Origin: the human T2T-CHM13v2.0 reference genome, Homo sapiens
Assembly: GCF_009914755.1 (NCBI RefSeq)
Contig: NC_060937.1
Length of the DNA: 64,000 nt
Direction: 5' to 3' (one strand)
Below are positions 45,724 through 57,518 of this stretch, piece by piece (position 1 is the first letter of the stretch; each line of letters opens with the position of its first letter). The translations under genes were made by a program, and so were the position numbers. The notes under the pieces were generated by a model. It was not told the origin of the DNA. It worked only from the letters and a program-made list of their open reading frames with translations, and ran no database searches.

Positions 45724-48700
45724 TTTTTCTTTCTTTTTTTTGTATTGATCTTTTTTTTTATTATCATACTTTAAGTTCTGGGATACATGTACAGAACATG
45801 CAGGTTTGTTACATAGGTATGTACATGCCATGGTGGTTTCCTGTACCCATCAATCCATCATCTACATTAGGTATTTCTCCTAATGCTATCTCTCCCCTAG
45901 CCCCCCACCCCCCCAACAAGCCCTGGTGTGTGATGTTCCCTTCCCTATGGCCACATGTTCTCATTGTTAAACTCCCGCTTATGAGTGACAACATGCGGTG
46001 TTTGGTTTTCTGTTCCTGTTAGTTAGCGGAGAATGATGGTTTCCAGCTTCATCCATGTCCCTGCAAAGGACATGAACTCATTCTTTTTAATGGCTGCAAA
46101 GTATTCTATGGTGTATATGTGCCACATTAACTTTTGTTTTTGTATTTTTTGAGACAGAATTGTCTCTAGTTTCCCAGGCTGGAGTAAATGGTGTAATCTA
46201 GGCTCACCACAACCTCTGCTTCCCGGGTTCAAGCAATTCTCCTGCCTCAGCCTCCCAAGTAGCTAGGATTAGAGGCATGTGCCACCACACTTGGCTAATT
46301 TTGTATTTTTAGTAGAGACAGGATTTCTCCATGTTAGTCAGGCTGGTCTCAAACCCCTGATCTCAGGTGATCCACCTGCCTGGGTCCCCCAAAGTGCTGG
46401 GATTACAGGCGTGAACCACCGCACCCAGCCGTGCCAAATTTTCTTTTTCCAGTCTATCACTGATGGGTATTTGGGTTAGTTCCAAGTCTTTGCTATTGTG
46501 AATAGTGGTGCAATAAACATATGTGTGCCTGTGTCTTCATAGTAGAATGTTTTATAATCCATTGGGTATATACCCAGTAATGGGATTGTTGGATCAAATG
46601 ATATTTCTATTTGTAGATCATTGAGGAATTGCCACACTGTCTTCCACAATGGTTGAACTAATTTACTCTCCCACCAACAGTGTAAAAGCGTTCCTATTTC
46701 TCTACATCCTCTCCAGCATCTGTTGTTTCTTGACTTTTTAATGATTGCCATTCTAACTGGCATGAGGTGGTATCTCATTGTGGGATTTTCATTTCTCTAA
46801 TGACCAGTGATGATGAGCTTTTTTTCATGTTTGTTGGCTGCAAAAATGGCTTCTTTTGAAAAGTGTCTGTTCATATCCTTTGCCAATTTTTTGATGGGGT
46901 TGTTTATTTTTTTCATGTAAATTTGTTTAAGTTCCTTATAGATACTGGATATAGCCCTTTGTCAGAGGGATAAATTGCAAAAATTTTCTCCCATGCTGTA
47001 GGTTGCCTGTTCACTCTGATGATACTTTCTTTTGCTGTGCAGAAACTCTTTAGTTTAATTAGATCCCACTTGTCAATTTTGGCTTTTGTTGCAATTGCTT
47101 TTGGTGTTTTAGTCATGAAGTCTTTGCCCTTGCCTATGTCCTGAATGGTATTGCCTAGGTTTTCTTCTAGGGCTTTCATGGTTTTAGGTCGTATGTTTAA
47201 ATCTTTAATCCATCTTGAGTTATTTTTTGTATAAAGTGTAAGAAAGGGGTCCAGTTTCAGTTTACTGCATATGGCTAGCCAGTTTTCCCAACACCATTTA
47301 TTAAACAGGGAATCCTTTCCCCATTACTTGTTTTTGTCTGGTTTGTCAAAGATCAGATGGTTGTAGATGTGTGGTGTTATTTCTGAGGCCTCTGTTCTGT
47401 TCCATTGGTATATATATATTTTATATATATATATCGGTTTTGGTACCAGTACCATGCTGTTTTGGTTACTGTAGCCTTGTAGTATAGTTTGAAGTCAGGT
47501 AGTGTGATGCCTCCACCTTTGTTCTTTTTGCTTAAGATTGTCTTGGCTATACAGGCTGTTTTTTTTTTTTTTTTTTTTTGGTTCCATGTAAAATTTAAAG
47601 TAGTGTTTTCTAATTATGTGAAGAAAGCCAATGGTAGATTAATGGGAATAGCATTGAATCTATAAATTACTTTGGGCAGTATGACCATTTCCATGATGTT
47701 GAGTCTTCCTTTCTGTGAGCATAGAATGCTTTTCCATTTGTTTGTGTACTCTATTACTTCCTTGAGCAGTGGTTTGTAGTTCTCCTTGAAGAGGTCCTCC
47801 ACATCCCTTGTAAGTTGTATTCCTAGGTATTTTATTCTCTTCGTAGCAATTGTGAATGGGAGTTCACTCATGATTTGGCTCTCTGTTTGTCTATTACTGG
47901 TGTATAGGAATGCTTGTAATTTTTGCGCATTGATTTTTGTATCCTGAGACTTTGCTGGTTGCTTAACAGCCTAAGGGGTTTTGGGGCTGAGACGATGGGA
48001 TTTTCTAAATATACAATCATGTCATCTGCAAACATAGATAATTTGACTTCTTCTCTTCCTATTTGAATACGCTTTATTTCTTTCTCTTGCCTGATTGCCC
48101 CGGCCAGAACTTCCAATATTTGTCATTGGTTCTGTTTATGTGATTTATTACGTTTATTAATTTGCATCAAGACCCATCAGTGTACTATACGCAGGAGACC
48201 CATCTCACATGCAAAGACGCTCATAGGCTCAAAATTAAGGGATGGAGGAAGATTCACCAAGCAAATGGAAAACAACAACAACAAAAAGCAGGGGTTGCAA
48301 TCCTAGTCTCTGATAAAACAGACTTTAAACCAACAAAGATCAAAAAGGACAAAGAAGGGCATTACATAATGTTAAAGGGATCAATGCAACAAGAAGAACT
48401 AATTATTCTAAATATATATGCACCCAATACAGGAGCACCCAGATTCATAAAGCAAGTTCTTAGAGACCTACAAAGAGACTAGACTCCCACACAATAATGG
48501 TGGGAGACGTTTACATCCCACTGTCAATATTAGGCAGATCAACAAGACAGAAAATTAACAAAGATATTCAGGACTTGAACTCAGCTCTGGACCAAGCGGA
48601 CCTAATAGACATCTACAGAACTCTGCACCCCAAATCAACAGAATATGCATTCTTCTCAGCACCACATTGCACTTACTCTAAAATTGACCGCATAATTGGA

Positions 48701-49773
48701 AATAAAACACTCCTCAGCAAATGCAAAAGAACAGAAACCATAGCAAATAGTTTCTCAGACACAGCGCAATCAAATTACAATGCAGGATTAAGAAACTCAC
48801 TCAAAAATCTCACAACTACATGGAAACTGAACAACCTGCTCCTGAATGAACACTGGGTAAATAACTAAATTAAGGCAGAAATAAATAAGTTCTTTGAAAC
48901 CAATGAGAACAAAGACACAACGAACCTGAATCTCTGGGACACAGCTAAAGCAGTGTTTAGAGAGAAATTTATGGCACTAAATGCCCACAGTAGAAAGCGG
49001 GTAAGATCTAAAATCAACACCCTATCATCACAACTAAAAGAACTAGAGAAGCAAGAGCAAACAAATTCAAAATCTAGCAGAAGGCAAGAAATAACTAAGA
49101 TCAGAACAGAACTGAAAGGGATAGAAACATGAAAAACCCTTCAAAAAATCAATGAATCCAGGAGCTGGTTTTTTGATAAGATTAACGAAATAGATAGACT
49201 GCTAACCAGACTTTAAAGACGAAAAGAGAGAAGAATCAAATAGACACAATAAAAAGCGATAAAGATGAAATCAACATTGATCCCACAGAAATACAAACTA
49301 CCATCAGAGAATACTATAAACACCTCTATGCAAATAAACTGGAAAATCTAGAAGAAATGGATAAATTCCTGAACACATAAACCCTCCGAAGACTAAACAA
49401 GGAAGTTGAATCCCTGAATAGAATAACAAATTCTGAAATTGAGGCAGTAATTGATAGCCTACCAATCAAAAAAATCCCAGTATCAGACGGATTCACAGCC
49501 GAATTCTATCAGAGGTACAAAGAGGTGCTGGTACCATTCCTTCTGAAACTATTCCAAACAATTGAGAAAGAGGGACTCCTCCCTAACTCATTTTATGAGA
49601 CAAGCATTATCCTGATACCAAAACCTGGCAGAGAAACAACAAAAAAAGAGAATTTCAGGCCTATATCCCTGATAAACATCAATGTGAAATCCTCAGTAAA
49701 ATACTGGCAAACCAAATCCAGCAGGACATTAAAAAGCTTATCCTCCATGATCAGGTCAGCTTCATCCTTGGGA
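45724..49773 (-). mobile_element. 5'-inverted L1PA7-like LINE (minus 45724-48167; inverted plus segment 48168-49773)
   Basis: T tail and 3' UTR at left; minus ORFs including [11 protein letters not shown]; plus ORFs of the EN domain (QETHLTCKD...ILNIYAPNTGAPRF); 13-bp TSD tgaatacttttct (45711-45723 / 49774-49786). Confidence 0.95.
46129..46430 (-). mobile_element. AluSp nested in the L1PA7
   Basis: ctcaccacaacc and ttctccatgttagtcagg diagnostics; TSD gtgcca(c/a)att (46119-46128 / 46431-46440). Confidence 0.92.
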
Positions 49774-50854
49774 TGAATACTTTTCTACTAAGATTAGATA
49801 GGTCTTGGGGATACAGTACATGTTATAACTCTATATGATCTACCAATCATATCTACGTTTTGCAGCTCTAGCAAGCATTATAATTTATGATGTATATTTT
49901 ATGAAAAATGTCACACATATATTTATTCTTGGAACTATTTTGTTTTTTACATAAAACTGTGAAGCATTTTTGATAAATAATCCCTTAACCTGACTTGTTA
50001 ATTTTTCTCACTGTTTTCTTAATAAGCCTAGTGGAGACTTACATATAAACCTATTAGATATCATTTTTGGTATAATGAGTATATTCCTTCTAGTTTCAGT
50101 ATAGTTTATGCATTCATTTATTTTCAAAAAAGAAAATGTATCTTTGTTATTAGTAATGTCCTGAGCTAAATAACTTCTCTACAGACACCTCTATGTAGAT
50201 TAATAAAACCAGGCTGAAAATAATGGTGGTGGTGCTTATTAGAATTAGATATTGATACACATGGTAAGCAAAGAAAAGTAACCAGCAATTTTCACAGATC
50301 TCTATTTTAACCAACCTAAGTTGTGAGTGAATTTATTTGCTATAGTTTTCCATCTAATATAGCTCCACTGAGTCTCACAATAACACCGAGGTAAAATATG
50401 ACTGTAATTACGGTAAACATGGTAGGTACGTTTCTCACGTACAAATCATAATCCATTACTTATCACAAATGAATGGATTACATAATTTTAGGCTCCAGAG
50501 ATCAACTATGAATCCCCTAAATTAGTGAGGAGCAAAGTACTTAAGTTTCTAGTATACGATTAGGAAGAGGTAGCAAATCAGATCCAACTGCTGCCACTGC
50601 TCTTCCCACATTATATCCAAATACTCCTGAGAAGTTGATTATATGATTTTTAAAAGCACTGAGGTCTGAAATGAAAAGAGAACTCCTGGAAAAAATAATA
50701 AAATAATATAGCAAATCAAGCAGAAGAAATATTTAAAAGTTGCTTGAAAAGTTAAGAATTCTGAAGCATGGTATCCAAAGTCTTACTTAACCTAGAAACA
50801 CCAAGTACACATGATTATGGACTATCATGAGGAAATTTAAGAATTCTGCAGGGA

Positions 50855-50905
50855 AAAACAAACAAACAAAAAAACAAAACAAAAAAACAAAAAACAAAAA
50901 AACCA
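50855..50905 (+). repeat. (CAAA)n / (CAAAA)n A-rich simple repeat
   Basis: Read directly. Confidence 0.8.
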
Positions 50906-52059
50906 GCAACAACAGTTTTTCAGTTTCTTAAGTGCATTTCACCAAGCAGAACTGAACAGTATAAATAACAAGGAACAATATGATTATACCAAGGTTGGAC
51001 TATTTCTTTAAAATAAATGAAAAAGTAGCCCCAGAAAATATCCAGAATTCTGAGTAAACTCATTATAGTTTCTGCTTGATATCTGCTCCTTTTTTAAACT
51101 TTATATCTAAAATTTCAAAAAATTACAAAAATTAAGGATTTTCCCAAAGGATTTCTTTTTCTCTGAATATCTTATAGACTTCCAATTAAACCTACCACCT
51201 GTATTTACTGGTGCATTTAGCGCCAAATTTACTAAATCCTTTAACATATATTTAAATTATACATATATACATGTATATAACTAAACTGGATATGTAGTTA
51301 AACCCCTGCATACAAGAAAACTTTGATAATTTAATTTTTTTCAATGATTTTTTTTCTACAAAATCCTAGGAGCATCTTAATAGTTAATAGCCTGTTGTAC
51401 TACAGAAAGACTGAATAGCAGCTTGCCCTCCTTGTATAAAAACATAGAGGCATTTTAGCAGCTGAAAACACTTAACAATTACCTCTAAACTTTGATTTAT
51501 TCGCTGCCAAAATGATTCAGTTAAGACTTCATCTTATTTGGCTAGTCCAATTTCTTTGGATAAAATTGAAAGTAGTTCTCTGATATTTCCTTTGAAAAAT
51601 ATAAATATGCAGCAAGGTTATTTTTCTTGACAGATTTTGTCGTAAATGAAAGCTCAGCTGCTGACAGACTATTTCCAAGACATTTCAGTGACCAAAACCT
51701 CTATCATAGTTGGCCACCACCTTGGTACATTAGGACATTCTTTTAGAAGAGCTGATGTGTGATCCTAACGGCATTCACTATATATTACAAAGGCAGTAGG
51801 AAGGTAGAATTGACAAATTCATTAACGGTGTATAATACTAACAACACACATGTTACTTGTTTGCTTTAATTAATAATATCCAGACTCAGGCTATTATTAA
51901 AGTTGTTTCTTGGGCTTGAATAAAATATTTCATCCATAAAATATTTTTATTTACTAATAATCCCTAATGTATACTTTTGTAACATAACCTAAACTATTTA
52001 TTAATTTGAAAATATTCTCATGGGGATTCTCTTTATTAGCAGTGATATCTAATAACCAT

Positions 52060-52155
52060 ATGTCTTTTTGTCACTGTTTTCTGATGGCTGGCATGGTATC
52101 TGGCATATAGAAATAATGCAATGTAAATTCTTTGATTGCATTAATGAAAAAGAAC
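52060..52155 (+). mobile_element. L2 3' terminus
   Basis: tgtcactgttttctgatggctggcatggtatctggcatatag...tgattgcattaatgaa. Confidence 0.5.
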
Positions 52156-53976
52156 AATATACCAATGATAAAGGAAAGGAGGGAAGAAGGGAAGAAAGAA
52201 AACAATAAAGGGAAGGAGGGAATTCCATATGATAAGATACAAATTTCCATTCCCTCAAATTTCCTGTTTTCCAATAGGAAAAAAAAAGAAGAAGAAGAAA
52301 GAAAAACAAGCCTAACCTTTAATGTATGTATTTAATAAAGACAGTCATTCCTCAAAAGTACAGCAAAATAAAAAATGTATTTTAGAGATCTTAATCTTCT
52401 AGTAATATAAGCTTCAAAATACAAACATTTCTGTGTTTATTTTTTTCTAAGTGAGAAAACTTTTCAGTAAAAATCCTTTATGTATAGTAATTTCCTATAG
52501 ATTGATATTTTCTTCTGTAGTGCTTTCTTTAATTTATTCATATGCTTAAACATATACTTTTGTAAGTCAAATGTTAGAAATATGAATGTCATGAAACCAG
52601 ACATAATATTGTATATATTGAAATTTCAGTGACTAATTCCCCAAAGAGTTCATCTATATTCAGAACATTAAAACTTGCTGGTGTAGTGTAACTGTTTGAT
52701 AAATATATATTGATTTATTCCATATGGAATGAAGTATATGGCATTGAAAATCACAAATACAAGACACATACAGTTTTCTTGGGGAGTGAGAAAAAAAAAT
52801 GAATCACCACAGACAAAAACATGAATACAAGGATAATCAGATGACCCTTTAATTACACTATTTTAAATAAGTCAAATGCACAAACTAGTTTGCATATTTT
52901 ATTCTACTATATTTGAATCATCTTATGATATTGTAACAAGAAAGTTATTTAGTACTTTTTTCATTTCATATTCTATCTTTTTTTAGCTACTCTACTAACC
53001 TACAGACTATCAAAATAAATTTTTGTTTGTTTGTTGTAGTGCTTTATGTTGAGAAAATAACTAGAATATTTGGTGATCCGTACCAAATTTGAAGTATTAT
53101 GTGAGAGACTTGCATTGGAAAGTATAGAGCTAAATAAAATATAACCATAATGTGAAGAATTGAAACTAATATTTACAGACATTATTGGAGATAAATGGAA
53201 AGTATGAACAAGTTAATGAAAATATTGTAGCAATTACATACAGTAATCACAAATAGTTGTACTCCTTAGAGAGAATGTCAGTTTTGATCAAGAGATTTTC
53301 TTCAAAGTTGAGGATAAACATCACAGAGTATGAAATCTTTAAAAATAATTGTAACTCCATCTGATATGTTTTATCCTCTGCATTGTCAAATAGTGAATGA
53401 GAAGCCTAGAAAAACTTATGACAGCTTATAGAGTACACTAAGAACATCAATTGTTTTGAATTAATTCTATGGTAAACTCTTGAACCTCTGAGGATCATAT
53501 GACTATTTTTCCCAATACCAATTGACCTCCTTTGATGTGACTTCAGAGTAAAAATTCCTAGACTATCATCCAGTGTTAATAAGTCTAATAGCTATAATTT
53601 ACTCGTGAAATAAACCATACAAAATGTGAAGGTACTAATGAACACATTTCTTCAGACTTATTTTTTCATGAGCTAAACATACTAATAATCAAAATAAATA
53701 TAGGACAGACCTGTTTATTACTCCAGATCAACAACAGTGATTAATCTCTTGGTGGCAACTATTACGTAGTGATCAAATCCTTCCAAGTAGATTCCCCAAA
53801 TATAATATAATCAGCAGTCATTTATCATGTTTGCATGATTGAACTATTTCCAGTCATATATGCTAATTAAATTTTTAATAAATTTTATTCATGTTTATAA
53901 CCATATTATTGCATGTAAGTTGTAACTAGAAGTAGAGTCTTAATTATTCTATGTTATTCTTGGAAATACTTCACTG

Positions 53977-54829
53977 TGAAGCGGTAGTTGGGGGAGGGGC
54001 AGGGAAGTGCTGGAAAGAGGAAGGCAGGGTCCTTGGGGAGGGCTCCACCCTCGGGCCTATGCCTACGGACCTAGGTGAGGACAGCTCTCCTTTTTGCACC
54101 CAAATGTTTCATTTTCCAAGATCACCCTGGCCTGCCATGCCCCCATTCTGTGCCTATAAAAACCCTGAGACCCTGGCAGGCAAGAACACAAGCGACCAGA
54201 CGTTGAGAGGAACACACTGTCAGAAGAGCACATAGGCGGCTGGATGTTGAGAGAAGTAGAGGAGTGGAAGAGCACACTGACAGGCACTGGCAGACGCCAG
54301 CAGGCCATCGACTGGCAGAACGACGTGGACACAGGGAATTTGGCCGGGGTGGTCAGAGGAGAGTCTGGCCGCTGAGCACCCGACTCCAGAGGAAAACCAC
54401 ATTCCCACTCCATCCTCTTTCTGGCTCCCCACCTATCTGCTGAGAGCTACTTCCACTACTCAATAAAACCTTCCACTCATTCTCCAAGCCCACGTGTGAT
54501 CCGATTTTTCCGGTACACCAAGGCAAGAACCCCAGGATACAGAAAGCCCTCTGTCCTTAAAATAAGGCAGAGGGTCTAATTGAGCTGATTAACCAAACTG
54601 CCTTCAGATGGCAAAACTAAGAGAGCACACTGTAACACATGCCCACTGGGGCTTCAGGAGCTGTAAATATTCACCCCTAGACACTGCCATGGGGTCAGAG
54701 CCCATCCACCTCACAGCCTGCCTGTCTGCATGCTCTCCCTAGAGGTTTGAGCTGTAGGGCACTGAAGAAAGGAGCTATACCCCTAGTCACAGGCCCTGTG
54801 AGGGGGATAAGGAAACTCTTCCCATTTCA
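53977..54829 (+). mobile_element. LTR1-family (ERV1) solo LTR
   Basis: TG...CA bounded; gggctccaccctcgggcctatgcctacggacctaggtgaggacag; TATAAAAA at 54155-54162; AATAAA at 54462-54467; ends ggaaactcttcccatttca. Confidence 0.85.
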
Positions 54830-55324
54830 GTAGGAAAACAAAAATTGGTATATGTGACCCTAAAATGTTAACATATATACAGAAATTCCTGTGATAGAGC
54901 AAGTCAGTTTTTCCTTCATTTTAACACGTAGTAATGGGAGTCACAAGTTACTTCATCATATTTAGATTAAATACAGTGAGGATTAAATAGCTCTTCAGAG
55001 ATTTTGGACTTTCTGAATGTAATAGTTAACTGGTTCTTCAATTGTTTTAATAAAACCTTTCTCATTCAAATTCATTTTAAAGATTCAAACAGGAGTTTAA
55101 ACAGACTTGTAACTTGTGAGTTGCATTTATAATTAGCTGCTAGGAGCAGACTGATAGATGTGTTTGAAGCAGGAAGGAAACCAGCATCCTAATTCTGCCA
55201 TGTCAAAGCTGCAATTATCCTGGAGAACAAGTATACCATAGAACTTCTTGTTAGGGAAGATAGTTGCAAGCCATAAATAAATAACATTTTGTCCTCTGCT
55301 GAACACAACTAATAATTTAAATAG

Positions 55325-55773
<449 letters not shown>

Positions 55774-56017
55774 TAGTGATTTACTATTTTAAAGAATCCC
55801 TCTCCCTTCCCCTTTACATCTTTGCCACCTGCTTTTGCTGAATCCTTCCAAGAAGAATGCTCCAGCATACATTTCCAGGTCCTTCCTTTAGTCCTGTTAC
55901 CAAAAAATGCAAAACACAATTTCATTTTGCATCTTAAGGGCTCCAATGATCAAACATTGGGTGAGGGGGACTCTTTAGAATAGCCAATTAAGTTAAATTT
56001 AAAAATCCAAAGGAATG

Positions 56018-56174
56018 CAATTTGGTTTGGACAGGAATCCACTCCTATGTTCCTGGTAATCTGATCCTGCTCCATGAGGATTAATATATCTTTCAAGTAT
56101 CAACCCACGAGGATTAACGGAGCAGTATCAGGTTATCAGGAACATAGTAGTGGATTCCTGTCCCAACTAAATTG
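56018..56174. repeat. Inverted repeat with 56-bp arms (50/56 match) and a 45-nt spacer
   Basis: Arm 56018-56073 aligned by hand to the reverse complement of 56119-56174: 6 mismatches, no gaps. Confidence 0.95.
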
Positions 56175-56365
56175 ATTCTCCCTGTCCTATCCACATTATG
56201 ATTTGAATCCAAAGATCCAGCTCCAAGGATTGGGATCTAGTGAGCCCTCTCCAATCCAAACCTTTATAACCAGCTAAAGCAAAAAAGAGGAGGCAAAATG
56301 TTAAATACTGTAATCACAAAAGATTTCTGAGGAATGAGTTATCTCTGTGTATTAGTCAGGGTTCT

Positions 56366-56878
56366 AATCTCTGCAGTCCCTCCAGGGATGCAATATTGTT
56401 TTTGATTTACTATTTTTCTAGGTAGAGGCAGCTCTACTGGCTCCCATTTAGACTTTTCCACCATAATAGCCCTCACCACCAGTCAGGGAGCCAATGTGGG
56501 GGTTCTGCCAGCTGCTAAATATGTATATGACCATTATGCATTCTGGTACTGGGGAAATGACTACAGGATGAGTCTAGGGACCCCTGGACCCACTGCAAGT
56601 CAGACCTGAGTTAAATTCCAGTAATTATCTGACCTCCATAAGCCCGTACTTTAACTGGAGGACCACAGTGACGTTTTGGGTCCCCTGCAATCAACACAAG
56701 CTCAGAGCCAGTGTCAAGTAATCCCCAAAATGCTTGATCATTTTCCTTTCCCCAGTGCACGGTTACCCTGGTAAAAGTCCAGAGGTCTCCTTGGAGCAGG
56801 ATGGTAGAAAGATTACAAGCATAAATTGTTGGTAGTGTATTGAGATTCTTCCTCAAGGGGACCTGGTCTCCCCTTCAA
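56366..56878 (-). mobile_element. HERV-L internal fragment (gag end, protease, pol start)
   Basis: ORF 56611-56856 FTRVTVHWGKENDQAFWGLLDTGSELVLIAGDPKRHCGPPVKVRAYGGQ contains the retroviral aspartyl protease LDTGS motif. Confidence 0.9.
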
Positions 56879-57254
56879 GTATCAAGTATTAACTCACATA
56901 ATCACAAGGTCGCACAATAGCCCATCTGCACCTGAGAAGCAAGAGAAGCCAGTTTGAGTCCCTAAACTGAACGGAGTCTGATGTTTGAGGGCAGGAAGGG
57001 TTCAGCATGGGATAAAGATGTAGGCTGGGAGGCTAGGCCAGTCTAGTCTTTTCAAATTTTTCTGCCTGCTTTATATTCTAGCAGTGCTGGCAGCTGATTA
57101 TATGGTGCCCATGGAGATTAAGGGTGGGTCTGCCTTTCCCAGCCCACTGACTCAAATGTTAATCTCCTTTGGCAACACCCTCACAGACACACCCAGGATC
57201 AATGCTTTGCATACCTCAGTTCAATCAAGTTGACACTCAGTATTAACCACCACA
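56879..57254 (-). mobile_element. MLT2A LTR (HERV-L); the final 18 bp of LTR lie at 56348-56365
   Basis: ...caatcaagttgacactcagtattaaccaccaca is the LTR 5' terminus; tgtattagtcagggttct at 56348 is the LTR 3' terminus; TSD ctctg / gtctg. Confidence 0.92.
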
Positions 57255-57307
57255 GTCTGTATTCAGTTTAACTGATGAGTATCAATAACTATCAAATTCT
57301 GCAAAAT

Positions 57308-57518
57308 GGCAGGGCACAGTGGCTCACACCTGTTATCCCAGCATTTTGGGAGGCCAAGGCAGGCAGATCAGTTTAGCTCAGGATTTTTAGGCCACATGAT
57401 GAAAACCTGTCTCTACAAAAAATACAAAAATTAGCTGCATGTAGTGACCCACACCAGTAGTCCCAGCTACTGGGAAGTGAGATGGGAAGAGCACTTGAGC
57501 CCGGGAGGCAGAGGTGCA
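57308..57518 (+). mobile_element. 3'-truncated AluJ
   Basis: ggcagggcacagtggctcacacctg...cacttgagcccgggaggcagaggtgca; no tail. Confidence 0.85.

Noticed and set aside
48162-49776. Endonuclease/RT-like ORFs as an active retroelement or a novel RT system
   Set aside because: They are fragmented by stops and frameshifts, inverted, and lack ORF1 and a promoter; this is an ordinary dead L1.
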